NCBI RefSeq assembly: GCF_009914755.1 | Contig: NC_060943.1 | DNA length: 64,000 nucleotides | Origin: the human T2T-CHM13v2.0 reference genome, Homo sapiens | Reading direction: 5' to 3' (one strand) | Shown: positions 40,201 through 53,474 of the stretch, piece after piece | Numbering within the stretch: the stretch's first letter is position 1 | Layout: each line of letters begins with the position of its first letter | Notes under the pieces: generated by a model | The model's database searches: none | What the model saw: the letters and a program-made list of their open reading frames with translations, nothing else | What the model was told of the DNA's origin: nothing | Position numbers and translations under genes: made by a program

Positions 40201-42949
40201 ACACTCTGTTTGTAAAGTCTGCAAGTGGATATTCAGACCTCTTTGAGGCCTTCGTTGGAAACGGGATTTCTTCGTATTCTGCTAGACAGAAGAATTCTGA
40301 GTAACTTCCTTGTGTTGTGTGTATTCAACTCACAGAGTTCAACGATCCTTTACACAGAGCAGACTTGAAACACCCTTTTGTGGAATTTGCAAGTGGAGAT
40401 TTCAGCCGCTTTGAGGTCAATGGTAGAAAAGGAAATATCTTCGTATAAAAACTAGACAGAATGATTCTCAGAAACTCCTTTGTGATGTGTGCATTCAACT
40501 CACAGCGTTTAACCTTTCTTTTCATAGAGCAGTTAGGAAACACTGTGTTTGTAAAGTCTGCAAGTGGATATTCAGACCTCCTTGAGGCCTTCGTTGGAAA
40601 CGGGACTTCTTCATATTATGCTAGACAGAAGAATTCTCAGTAACTTCCTTGTGTTGTGTGTATTCAAGTCACAGAGTTGAACGATCCTTTACACAGAGCA
40701 TACTTGAAACACTCTTCTTGTGGAATTTGCAAGTGGAGATTTCAGCCGCTTTGAGGTCAATGGTAGAATAGGAAATATCTTCCTATAGAAACTAGACAGA
40801 ATGATTCTCAGAAACTCCTTTGTGATGTGTGCGTTCAACTCACAGAGTTTAACCTTCCTTTTCATAGAGCAGTTAGGAAACACTCTGTTTGTAAAGTCTG
40901 CAAGTGGATATTCAGACCTCCTTGAGGCCTTCTTTGGAAACGGGATTTCTTCATATTATGCTAGACAGAAGAATTCTCAGTAACTTCCTTGTGTTGTGTG
41001 TATTCAAGTCACAGAGTTGAACGATCCTTTACACAGAGCATACTTGAAACACTCTTCTTGTGGAATTTGCAAGTGGAGATTTCAGCCGCTTTGAGGTCCA
41101 TGGTAGAATAGGAAATATCTTCCTATAGAAACTAGACAGAATGATTCTCAGAAACTCCTTTGTGATGTGTGCGTTCAACTCACAGAGTTTAACCTTTCTT
41201 TTCATAGAGCAGTTAGGAAACACTCTGTTTGTAAGGTCTGCAAGTGGATATTCAGACATCTTTGAGGCTTTCGTTGGAAACGGGTTTTCTTCATATTCTG
41301 CTAGACAGAAGAATTCTCAGAAACTTCCTTGTGTTGTGTGATTTCAACTCACAGAGTTGAACGATGCTTTACACAGAGTAGACTTGAAACACTCTTTTTC
41401 TGGAATTTGCAAGTGGAGATTTCAGCCGCTTTGAGGTCAATGGTTGAAAAGGAAATATCTTCGTATAAAGACTAGACAGAATGATTCTCAGAAACTCCTT
41501 TGTGATGTGTGCGTTCAACTCACAGAGTTTAACCTTTCTTTTCATAGAGCAGTTAGGAAACACTGTGTTTGTAAAGTCTGCAAGTGGATATTCAGACCTC
41601 CTTGAGGCCTTCGTTGGAAACGGGATTTCTTCATATTATGCTAGACAGAAGAATTCTCAGTAACTTCCTTGTGTTGTGTGTATTCAACTCACAGAGTTGA
41701 ACGATCCTTTACACAGAGCATACTTGAAACACTCTTCTTGTGGAATTTGCAAGTGGAGATTTCAGCCGCTTTGAGGTCAATGGTAGAATAGGAAATATCT
41801 TCCTATAGAAACTAGACAGAATGATTCTCAGAAACTCCTTTGTGATGTGTGCGTTCAACTCACAGAGTTTAACATTTCTTTTCATAGAGCAGTTAGGAAA
41901 CACTCTGTTTGTAAAGTCTGCAAGTGGATATTCAGACCTCCTTGAGGCCTTCGTTGGAAACGGGATTTCTTCATATTATGCTAGACAGAAGAATTCTCAG
42001 TGACTTCCTTGTGTTGTGTGTATTCAACTCACAGCGTTGAACGATCCTTTACACAGAGCAGACTTGAAACACTCTTTTTGTGGAATTTGCAAGTGGAGAT
42101 TTCAACCGCTTTGAGGTCAATGGTAGAATAGGAAATATCTTCCTATAGAAACTAGACAGAATGATTCTCAGAAACTCCTTTGTGATGTGTGCGTTCAACT
42201 CACAGAGTTTAACCTTTCTTTTCATAGAGCAGTTAGGAAACACTCTGTTTGTAAAGTCTGCAAGTGGATATTCAGACCTCTTTGAGGCCTTCGTTGGAAA
42301 CGGGATGTCTTCATATTCTGCTAGACAGAAGAATTCTGAGTAACTTCCTTGTGTTGTGTGTATTCAACTCACAGAGTTCAACGATCCTTTACACAGAGCA
42401 TACTTGAAACACTCTTCTTGTGGAATTTGCAAGTGGAGATTTCAGCCGCTTTGAGGTCAATGGTAGAATAGGAAATATCTTCCTATACAAACTAGACAAA
42501 ATGATTCTCAGAAACTCCTTTGTGATGTGTGCGTTCAACTCACAGAGTTTAACCTTTCTTTTCATAGAGCAGTTAGGAAACACTCTGTTTGTAAAGTCGG
42601 CAAGTGGATATTCAGACCTCCTTGAGGCCTTCTTTGGAAACGGGATTTCTTCATATTCTGCTAGAGAGAAGAATTCTCAGTAACTTCCTTGTGTTGTGTG
42701 TATTCAACTCACAGAGTTCAACGATCCTTTACACAGAGCAGACTCGAAACACTCTTTTTGTGGAATTTGCAATTGGAGATTTCAGCCGCTTTGAGGTCAA
42801 TGGTAGAAAAGGAAATATCTTCGTATAAAAACTAGACAGAATGATTCTCAGATACTCCTTTGTGATGTGTGCGTTCAACTCACAGAGTTTAACCTTTCTT
42901 TTCATAGAGCAGTTAGGAAACACTCTGTTTGTAAAGTCTGCAAGTTTAT

Positions 42950-45900
42950 ATTCAGACCTCCTTGAGGCCTTCTTTGGAAACGGGATTTCTTCATATGATG
43001 CTAGACAGAAGAATTCTCAGTAACTTCCTTGTGTTGTGTGTATTCAACTCACAGAGTTGAACGATCCTTTACACAGAGCAGACTTGAAACACTCTTTTTG
43101 TGGAATTTGCAAGTGGAGATTTCAGCCGCTTTGAGGTCAATGGTAGAATAGGAAATATCTACCTATAGAAACTAGACAGAATGATTCTCAGAAAAACCTT
43201 TGTGATGTGTGCGTTCAACTCACAGAGTTTAAAATTTCTTTTCATAGAGCAGTTAGGAAACACTCTGTTTGTAAAGTCTGCAAGTGGATATTCAGACCTC
43301 CTTGAGGCCATCTTTGGAAACGGGATTTCTTCATATTATGCTAGACAGAAGAATTCTCAGTAACTTCCTTGTGTTGTGTGTATTCAACTCACAGAGTTCA
43401 ACGATCCTTTACACAGAGCATACTTGAAACACTCTTCTTGTGGAATTTGCAAGTAGAGATTTCAGCCGCTTTGAGGTCAATGGTTGAAAAGGAAATATCT
43501 TCGTATAAAAACTAGACAGAATGATTCTCAGAAACTCCTTTGTGATGTGGGCGTTCAACTCACCGAGTTTAACCTTTCTTTTCATAGAGCAGTTAGGAAA
43601 CACTCTGTTTGTAAAGTCTGCAAGTGGATATTCAGACCTCTTTGAGGCCTTCATTGGAAACGGGATTTCTTCATATTCTGCTAGAGAGAAGAATTCTGAG
43701 TAACTTCCTTGTGTTGTGTGTATTCAACTCACAGAGTTCAATGATCCTTTACACAGAGCAGACTTGAAACACTCTATTTGTGGAATTTGCAAGTGGAGAT
43801 TTCAGCCGCTTTGAGGTCAATGGTAGAATAGGAAATATCTTCGTATAAAAACTAGACAGAATGATTCTCAGATACTCCTTTGTGATGTGTGCGTTCAACT
43901 CACAGAGTTTAACCTTTCTTTTCATAGAGCAGTTAGGAAACACTGTGTTTGTAAAGTCTGCAAGTGGATATTCAGACCTCCTTGAGGCCTTCGTTGGAAA
44001 CGGGATTTCTTCATATTATGCTAGACAGAAGAATTCTCAGTAACTTCCTTGTGTTGTGTGTATTCAACTCACAGAGTTGAACGATCCTTTACACAGAGCA
44101 TACTTGAAACACTCTTCTTGTGGAATTTGCAAGTGGAGATTTCAGCCGCTTTGAGGTCCATGGTAGAATAGGAAATATCTTCCTATAGAAACTAGACAGA
44201 ATGATTCTCAGAAACTCCTTTGTGATGTGTGCGTTCAACTCACAGAGTTTAACCTTTCTTTTCATAGAGCAGTTAGGAAACACTCTGTTTGTAAAGTCTG
44301 CAAGTGGATATTCAGACCTCCTTGAGGCCTTCTTAGGAAACGGGATTTCTTCATATGATGCTAGACAGAAGAATTCTCAGTAACTTCCTTGTGTTGTGTG
44401 TATTCAACTCACAGAGTTGAACGATCCTTTACACAGAGCAGACTTGAAACACTCTTTTTGTTGAATTTGCAAGTGGAGATTTCAGCCGCTTTGAGGTCAA
44501 TGGTAGAATAGGAAATATCTACCTATAGAAACTAGACAGAATGATTCTCAGAAACTCCTTTGTGATGTGTGCGTTCAACTCACAGAGTTTAACCTTTCTT
44601 TTCATAGAGCAGTTAGGAAACACTCTGTTTGTAAAGTCTGCAAGTGGATATTCAGACCTCCTTGAGGCCTTCTTTGGAAACGGGATTTCTTCATATGATG
44701 CTAGACAGAAGAATTCTCAGTAACTTCCTTGTGTTGTGTGTATTCAACTCACAGAGTTGAACGATCCTTTACACAGAGCATACTTGAAACACTCTTCTTG
44801 TGGAATTTGCAAGTAGAGATTTCAGCCGCTTTGAGGTCAATGGTTGAAAAGGAAATATCTTCGTATAAAAACTAGACAGAATGATGCTCAGAAACTCCTT
44901 TGTGATGTGGGCGTTCAACTCACAGAGTTTAACCTTTCTTTTCATAGAGCAGTTAGGAAACACTCTGTTTGTAAAGTCTGCAAGTGGATATTCAGACCTC
45001 TTTGTGGCCTTCATTGGAAACGGGATTTCTTCATATTCTGCTAGAGAGAAGTATTCTGAGAAACTTCCTTGCGTTGTGTGTATTCAACTCACAGAGATCA
45101 ACGATCCTTTACACAGAGCAGACTTGAAACACTCTTTTTGTGGAATTTGCAAGTGGAGATTTCAGCCGCTTTGAGGTCAATGGTAGAATAGGAAATATCT
45201 TCGTATAAAAACTAGACAGAATGATTCTCAGATACTCCTTTGTGATGTGTGCGTTCAACTCACAGAGTTTAACCTTTCCTTTCATAGAGCAGTTAGGAAA
45301 CACTCGGTTTGTAAAGTCTGCAAGTGGATATTCAGACCTCCTTGACGCCTTCGTTGGAAACGGGATTTCTTCATATTATGCTAGACAGAAGAATTCTCAG
45401 TAACTTCCTTGTGTTGTGTGTATTCAACTCACAGAGTTGAACGATCCTTTACACAGAGCATACTTGAAACACTCTTTTTGTGGAATTTGCAAGTGGAGAT
45501 TTCAGCCGCTTTGAGGTCCATGGTAGAATAGGAAATATCTTCCTATAGAAACTAGACAGAATGATTCTCAGAAACTCCTTTGTGATGTGTGCGTTCAACT
45601 CACAGAGTTTAACCTTTCTTTTCATAGAGCAGTTAGGAAACACTCTATTTGTAAAGTCTGCAAGTGGGTATTCAGACCTCCTTGAGGCCTTCTTTCGAAA
45701 CGGGATTTCTTCATATGATGCTAGACAGAAGAATTCTCAGTAACTTCCTTGTGTTGTGTGTATTCAACTCACAGAGTTGAACGATCCTTTACACAGAGCA
45801 GACTTGAAACACTCTTTTTGTGGAATTTGCAAGTGGAGATTTCAGCCGCTTTGAGGTCAATGGTAGAATAGGAAATATCTACCTATAGAAACTAGACAGA
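42950..45900 (+). repeat. Local 1,360-bp (4-dimer) tandem duplication, ~2.2 copies
   Basis: CATATGATG (~42992/44352/45712), ATCTACCT (~43157/44517/45877), AAGTAGAG (43451/44811), GTGGGCG (~43546/44906), CAGATAC (~43869/45229) and GTCCATGG (~44156/45516) recur at +1360. Confidence 0.85.
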
Positions 45901-48900
45901 ATGATTCTGAGAAACTCCTTTGTGATGTGTGCGTTCAACTCACAGAGTTTAACCTTTCTTTTCATAGAGCAGTTAGGAAACACTCTGTTTGTAAAGTCTG
46001 CAAGTGGATATTCAGACCTCCTTGAGGCCTTCGTTGGAAACGGGATTTCTTCATATTATGCTAGACAGAAGAATTCTCAGTAACTTCCTTGTGTTGTGTG
46101 TATTCAACTCACAGAGTTGAACGATCCTTTACACAGAGCAGACTTGAAACACTCTTTTTGTGGAATTTGCAAGTGGAGATTACAGCCGCTTTGAGGTCAA
46201 TGGTAGAATAGGAAATATCTTCCTATAGAAACTAGACAGAATGATTCTCAGAAACTCCTTTGTGATGTGTGCGTTCAACTCACAGAGTTTAACCTTTCTT
46301 TTCATAGAGCAGTTAGGAAACACTCGGTTTGTGAGGTCTGCAAGTGGATATTCAGACATCTTTGAGGCTTTCGTTGGAAACGGGTTTTCTTCATATTCTG
46401 CTATACAGAAGAATTCTCAGAAACTTCCTTGTGTTGTGTGTTTTCAACTCACAGAGTTGAACGATGCTTTACACAGAGTAGACTTGAAACACTCTTTTTG
46501 TGGAATTTGCAAGTGGAGATTTCAGCCGCTTTGAGGTCAATGGTAGAATAGGAAATATCTTCCTATAGAAACTAGACAGAATGATTCTCAGAAACTCCTT
46601 TGTGATGTGTGCGTTCAACTCACAGAGTTTAACCTTTCTTTTCATAGAGCAGTTAGGAAACACTCTGTTTGTAAAGTCTGCAAGTGGATATTCAGACCTC
46701 TTTGAGGCCTTCGTTGGAAACGGGATTTCTTCATATTCTGCTAGAGAGAAGAATTCTCAGTAACTTCCTTGTGTTGTGTGTATTCAACTCACAGAGTTCA
46801 ACGACCCTTTACACAGAGCATACTTGAAACACTCTTCTTGTGGAATTTGCAAGTGGAGATTTCAGCCACTTTGAGGTCAATGGTAGAATAGGAAATATCT
46901 TCCTATAGAAACTAGACAGAATGATTCTCAGAAACTCCTTTGTGATGTGTGCGTTCAACTCACAGAGTTTAACCTTTCTTTTCATAGAGCAGTTAGAAAA
47001 CACTCTGTTTGTAAAGTCTGCAAGTGGATATTCAGACCTCCTTGAGGCCTTCTTTGGAAACGGGATTTCTTCATATTCTGCTAGAGAGAAGAATTCTCAG
47101 TAACTTCCTTGTGTTGTGTGTATTCAACTCACAGAGTTCAACGATCCTTTACAGAGAGCAGACTTGAAACACTCTTTTTGTGGAATTTGCAAGTGCAGAT
47201 TTCAGCCGCTTTGAGGTCAATGGTACAAAAGGAAATATCTTCATATAAAAACTAGACAGAATGATTCTCAGATACTCCTTTGTGATGTGTGCGTTCAACT
47301 CACAGAGTTTAACCTTTCTTTTCAGAGAGCAGTTAGGAAACACTGTGTTTGTAAAGTCTGCAAGTGGATATTCAGACCTCCTTGAGGCTTTCGTTGGAAA
47401 CGGGTTTTCTTCATATTCTGCTATACAGAAGAATTCTCAGTAACTTCCTTGTGTTGTGTGTATTCAACTCACAGAGTTGAACGATCCTTTACACAGAGCA
47501 GACTTGAAACACTCTTTTTGTGGAATTTGCAAGTGGAGATTTCAGCCGCTTTGAGGTCAATGGTAGAATGGGAAATATCTACCTGTAGAAACTAGACAGA
47601 ATGATTCTCAGAAACTCCTTTGTGATGTGTGCGTTCAACTCACAGAGTTTAACCTTTCTTTTCATAGAGCAGTTAGGAAACAATCTGTTTGTAAAGTCTG
47701 CAAGTGGATATTCAGACCTCTTTGAGGCCTTCGTTGGAAACGGGATTTCTTCATATTATGCTAGACAGAAGAATTCTCAGTAACTTCCTTGTGTTGTGTG
47801 TATTCAACTCACAGAGTTGAACGATCCTTTACACAGAGCAGACTTGAAACACTGTTTTTGTGGAATTTGCAAGTGGAGATTTCAGCCGCTTTGAGGTCAA
47901 TGGTAGAATAGGAAATATCTTCCTATAGAAACTAGACAGAATGATTCTCAGAAACTCCTTTGTGATGTGTGCGTTCAACTCACAGAGTTTAACCTTTCTT
48001 TTCATAGAGCAGTTAGGAAACACTCTGTTTGTAAAGTCTGCAAGTGGATATTCAGACCTCTTTGAGGCCTTCGTTGGAAACGGGATTTCTTCATATTCTG
48101 CTATACAGAAGAATTCTGAGTAACTTCCTTGTGTTGTGTGTATTCAACTCACAGAGTTCAACGATCCTTTACACAGAGCAGACTTGAAACACTCTTTTTG
48201 TGGAATTTTCAAGGAGATTTCAGCCGCTTTGAGGTCAATGGTAGAAAAGGAAATATCTTCATATAAAAACTAGAGAGAATGATTCTCAGAAACTCCTTTG
48301 TGATGTGTGCGTTCAACTCACAGAGTTTAACCTTTCTTTTCATAGAGAAGTTAGGAAACACTCTGTTTGTAAAGTCTGCAAGTGGATATTCAGACCTCCT
48401 TGAGGCCTTCTTTGAAAACGGGATTTCTTCATATTATGCTAGACAGAAGAATTCTCAGTAACTTCCTTGTGTTGTGTGTATTCAACTCACAAAGTTGAAC
48501 GATCCTTTACACAGAGCAGACTTGAAACACTCTTTTTGTGGAATTTGCAAGTGGAGATTTCAGCCGCTTTGAGGTCAATGGTAGAATAGGAAATATCTTC
48601 TTATAGAAACTAGACAGAATGATTCTCAGAAACTCCTTTGTGATGTGTGCGTTCAACTCACAGAGATTAACCTTTCTTTTCATAGAGCAGTTAGGAAACA
48701 CTCTGTTTGTAAGGTCTGCAAGTGGATATTCAGACATCTTTGAGGCTTTCGTTGGAAACGGGTTTTCTTCATATTATGCTAGACAGAAGAATTCTCAGAA
48801 ACTTCCTTGTGTTGTGTGTTTTCAACTCACAGAGTTGAACGATGGTTTACACAGAGTAGACTTGAAACACTCTTTTTGTGGAATTTGCAAGTGGAGATTT

Positions 48901-51900
48901 CAGCCGCTTTGAGGTCAATGGTAGAATAGGAAATATCTTCCTATAGAAACTAGACAGAATGATTCTCAGAAACTCCTTTGTGATGTGTTCGTTCAACTCA
49001 CAGAGTTTAACCTTTCTTTTCATAGAGCAGTTAGGAAACACTCTGTTTGTAAAGTCTGCAAGTGGATATTCATTCATCTTTCAGGCTTTCGTTGGAAACG
49101 GAATTTCTTCATATTCTGCTATACAGAAGTATTCTCTGAAACTTCCTTGTGTTGTGTGTTTTCAACTCACAGAGTTGAACGATGCTTTACACAGAGTAGA
49201 CTTGAAACACTCTTTTTGTGGAATTTGCAAGTGGAGATTTCAGCCCCTTTGAGGTCAATGGTAGAAAAGGAAATATCTTCGTATAAAAACTAGACAGAAT
49301 GATTCTCAGAAACTCCTTTGTGATGTGTTCGTTCAACTCACAGAGTTTAACCTTTCTTTTCATAGAGCAGTTAGGAAACACTCTGTTTGTAAAGTCTGCA
49401 AGTGGATATTCAGACCTCTTTGAGGCCTTCGTTGGAAACGGGATTTCTTCATATTCTGCTAGACAGAAGAATTCTCAGTAACTTCCTTGTGTTGTGTGTA
49501 TTCAACTCTCAGAGTTCAACGATCCTTTACACAGTGCAGACTTGAAACACTCTTTTTGTGGAATTTGCAAGTGGAGATTTCAGCCGCTTTGAGGTCAATG
49601 GTAGAAAAGGAAATATCTTCGTATCAAAACTAGACAGAATGATTCTCAGAAACTCCTTTGTGATGTGTGCGTTCAACTCACAGAGTGTAACCTTTCTTTT
49701 CATAGAGCAGTTAGGAAACACTGTGTTTGTAAAGTCTGCAAGTGGATATTCAGACCTCCTTGAGGCCTTCGTTGGAAACGGGATTTCTTCATATTATGCT
49801 AGACAGAAGAATTCTCAGTAACTTCCTTGTGTTGTGTGTATTCAACTCACAGAGTTGAACGATCCTTTACACAGAGCATATTTGAAACACTCTTCTTGTG
49901 GAATTTGCAAGTGGAGATTTCAGCCGCTTTGAGGTCAATGGTAGAATAGGAAATATCTTCCTATAGAAACTAGACAGAATGATTCTCAGAAACTCCTTTG
50001 TGATGTGTGCGTTCAACTCACAGAGTTTAACCTTTCTTTTCATAAAGCAGTTAGGAAACACTCTGTTTGTAAAGTCTGCAAGTGGATATTCAGACCTCCT
50101 TCAGGCCTTCTTTGGAAACGGGATTTCTTCATATTATGCTAGACAGAAGAATTCTCAGTAACTTCCTTGTGTTGTGTGTATTCAACTCACAGAGTTGAAC
50201 GATCCTTTACACAGAGCAGACTTGAAACACTCTTCTTGTGGAATTTGCAAGTGGAGATTTCAGCCACTTTGAGGTCAATGGTAGAACAGGAAATATCTTC
50301 CTATAGAAACTAGACAGAATGATTCTCAGAAACTCCTTTGTGATGTGTGCGTTCAACTCACAGAGGTTAACCTTTCTTTTCATACAGCAGTTAGGAAACA
50401 CTCTGTTTGTAAAGTCTGCAAGTGGATATTCAGACCTCTTTGAGGCCTTCGTTGGAAACGGGATTTCTTCATATTCTGCTAGACAGAAGAATTCTGAGTA
50501 ACTTCCTTGTGTTGTGTGTATTCAACTCACAGAGTTCAACGATCCTTTACACAGAGCAGACTTGAAACACTCTTTTTGTGGAATTTGCAAGGAGATTTCA
50601 ACCGCTTTGAGGTCAATGGTAGAAAAGGAAATATCTTCGTATAAAAACTAGACAGAATGATTCTCAGAAACTCCTTTGTGATGTGTGCGTTCAACTCACA
50701 GAGTTTTACCTTTCTTTACATAGAGCAGTTAGGAAACCCTCTGTTTGTAATGTCTGCAAGTGGATATTCATTCATCTTTGAGGCTTTCGTTGGAAACGGG
50801 ATTTCTTCATATTCTGCTATACAGAAGAATTCTCAGAAACTTCCTTGTGTTGTGTGTTTTCAACTCACAGAGTTGAACGATGCTTTACACAGAGTAGACT
50901 TGAAACACTGTTTTTGTGGAATTTGCAAGTGGAGATTTCAGCCGCTTTGAGGTCAATGGTAGAAAAGGAAATATCTTCGTATAAAAACTAGACAGAATGA
51001 TTCTCAGAAACTCCTTTGTGATGTGTGCGTTCAACTCACAGAGTTTAGCCTTTCTTTTCATAGAGCAGTTAGGAAACACTCTGTTAGTAAAGTCTGCAAG
51101 TGGATATTCAGACCTCTTTGAGGCCTTCGTTGGAAACGGGATTTCTTCATATTCTGCTAGACAGAAGAATTCTCAGTAACTTCCTTGTGTTGTGTGTATT
51201 CAGCTCTCAGAGTTCAATGATCCTTTACACAGAGCAGACATGAAACACTCTTTTTGTGGAATTTGCAAGTGGAGATTTCAGCCGCTTTGAGGTAAATGGT
51301 AGAAAAGGAAATATCTTCGTATCAAAACTAGACAGAATGATTCTCAGATACACCTTTGTGATGTCTGCGTTCAACTCACAGAGTTTAACCTTTCTTTTCA
51401 TAGAGCAGTTAGGAAACACTCTGTTTTTAAAGTGTGCAAGTGGATATTCAGACCTCCTTGAGGCCTTCTTTGGAAACGGGATTTCTTCATATTCTGCTAG
51501 ACAGAAGAATTCTGAGTAACTTCCTTGTGTTGTGTGTATTCAACTCACAGAGTTCAACGATCCTTTACACAGAGCAGACTTGAAACACTCTTTTTGTGGA
51601 ATTTGCAAGGAGATTTCAGCCGCTTTGAGGTCAATGGTAGAAAAGGAAATATCTTCGTATAAAAACTAGACAGAATGATTCTCAGAAACTCCTTTGTGAT
51701 GTGTGCGTTCAACTCACAGAGTTTAACCTTTCTTTTCATAGAGCAGTTAGGGAACACTCTGTTTGTAAAGTCTGCAAGTGGATATTCAGACCTCCTTGAG
51801 GCCTTCGTTGGAAACGGGATTTCTTCATATTATGCTAGACAGAAGAATTCTCAGTAACTTCCTTGTGTTGTGTGTATTCAACTCACAGAGTTGAACGATC

Positions 51901-53474
51901 CTTTACACAGAGCAGACTTGAAACACTCTTTTTGTGGAATTTGCAAGTGGAGATTTCAGCCGCTTTGAAGTCAATGGTAGAATAGGAAATATCTTCCTAT
52001 AGAAACTAGACAGAATGATTCTCAGAAACTCCTTTGTGATGTGTGCGTTCAAATCACAGAGTTTAACCTTTCTTTTCATAGAGCAGTTAGGAAACACTCT
52101 GTTTGTAAGGTCTGCAAGTGGATATTCGGACATCTTTGTGGCTTTCGCTGGAAACGGGTTTTCTTCATATTCTGCTATACAGAAGAATTCTCAGAAACTT
52201 CCTTGTGTTGTGTGATTTCAACTCACAGAGTTGAACGATCCTTTACACAGAGTAGACTTAAAACACTCTTTTTGTGGAATTTGCAAGTGGAGATTTCAGT
52301 CGCTTTGAGGTCAATTGTTGAAAAGGAAATATCTTCGTATAAAAACGAGACAGAATGATTCTCAGAAACTCCTTTGTGATGTGTGCGTTCAACTCACAGA
52401 GTTTAACCTTTCTTTTCATAGAGCAGTTAGGAAACACTGTGTTTGTAAAGTCTGCAAGTGGATATTCAGACCTCCTTGAGGCCTTCGTTGGAAACGGGAT
52501 TTCTTCATATTATGCTAGACAGAAGAATTCTCAGTAACTTCCTTCTGTTGTGTGTATTCAACTCACAGAGTTGAACGATCCTTTACACAGAGTATACTTG
52601 AAAAACTCTTCTTGTGGAATTTGCAAGTGTAGATTTCAGCCGCATTGAGGTCAATGGTAGAATAGGAAATATCTTCCTATAGAAACTAGACAGAATGATT
52701 CTCAGAAACTCCTTTGTGATGTGTGCGTTCAACTCACAGAGTTTAACCTTTCTTTTCATAGAGCAGTTAGGAAACACTCTGTTTGTAAAGTCTGCAACTG
52801 GATATTCAGACCTCCTTGAGGCCTTCGTTGGAAACGGGATTTCTTCATATTATGCTAGACAGAAGAATTCTCAGTGACTTCCTTGTGTTGTGTGTATTCA
52901 ACTCACAGAGTTGAACGATCCTTTACACAGAGCAGACTTGAAACACTCTTTTTGTGGAATTTGCAAGTGGAGATTTCAGCCGCTTTGAGGTCAATGGTAG
53001 AATAGGAAATATCTTCCTATAGAAACTAGACAGAATGATTCTCAGAAACTCCTTTGTGATGTGTGCGTTCAACTCACAGAGTTTAACATTTCTTTTCATA
53101 GAGCAGTTAGGAAAAACTCTGTTTGTAAGGTCTGCAAGTGGATATTCAGACATCTTTGAGGCTTTCGTTGGAAACGGGTTTTCTTCATATTATGCTAGAC
53201 AGAAGAATTCTCAGAAACTTCCTTGTGTTGTGTGTTTTCAACTCACAGAGTTGAACGATGCTTTACACAGAGTAGACTTGAAACACACTTTTTGTGGAAT
53301 TTGCAAGTGGAGATTTCAGCCGCTTTGAGGTAAATGGTAGAATAGGAAATATCTTCCTATAGAAACTAGACAGAATGATTCTCAGAAACTCCTTTGTGAT
53401 GTGTGTGTTCAACTCACAGAGTTTAACCTTTCTTTTCATAGAGCAGTTAGGAAACACTCTGTTTGTAAAGTCTG

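Larger units (their letters stand above)
1..53474 (+). repeat. 340-bp dimeric alpha-satellite domain (~157 dimers)
   Basis: The marker ATGATTCTCAGAAAC recurs at 18, 358, 698, 1038 and onward to 53375 in 340-bp steps, shifted only by isolated 1-2 bp indels. Confidence 0.97.
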
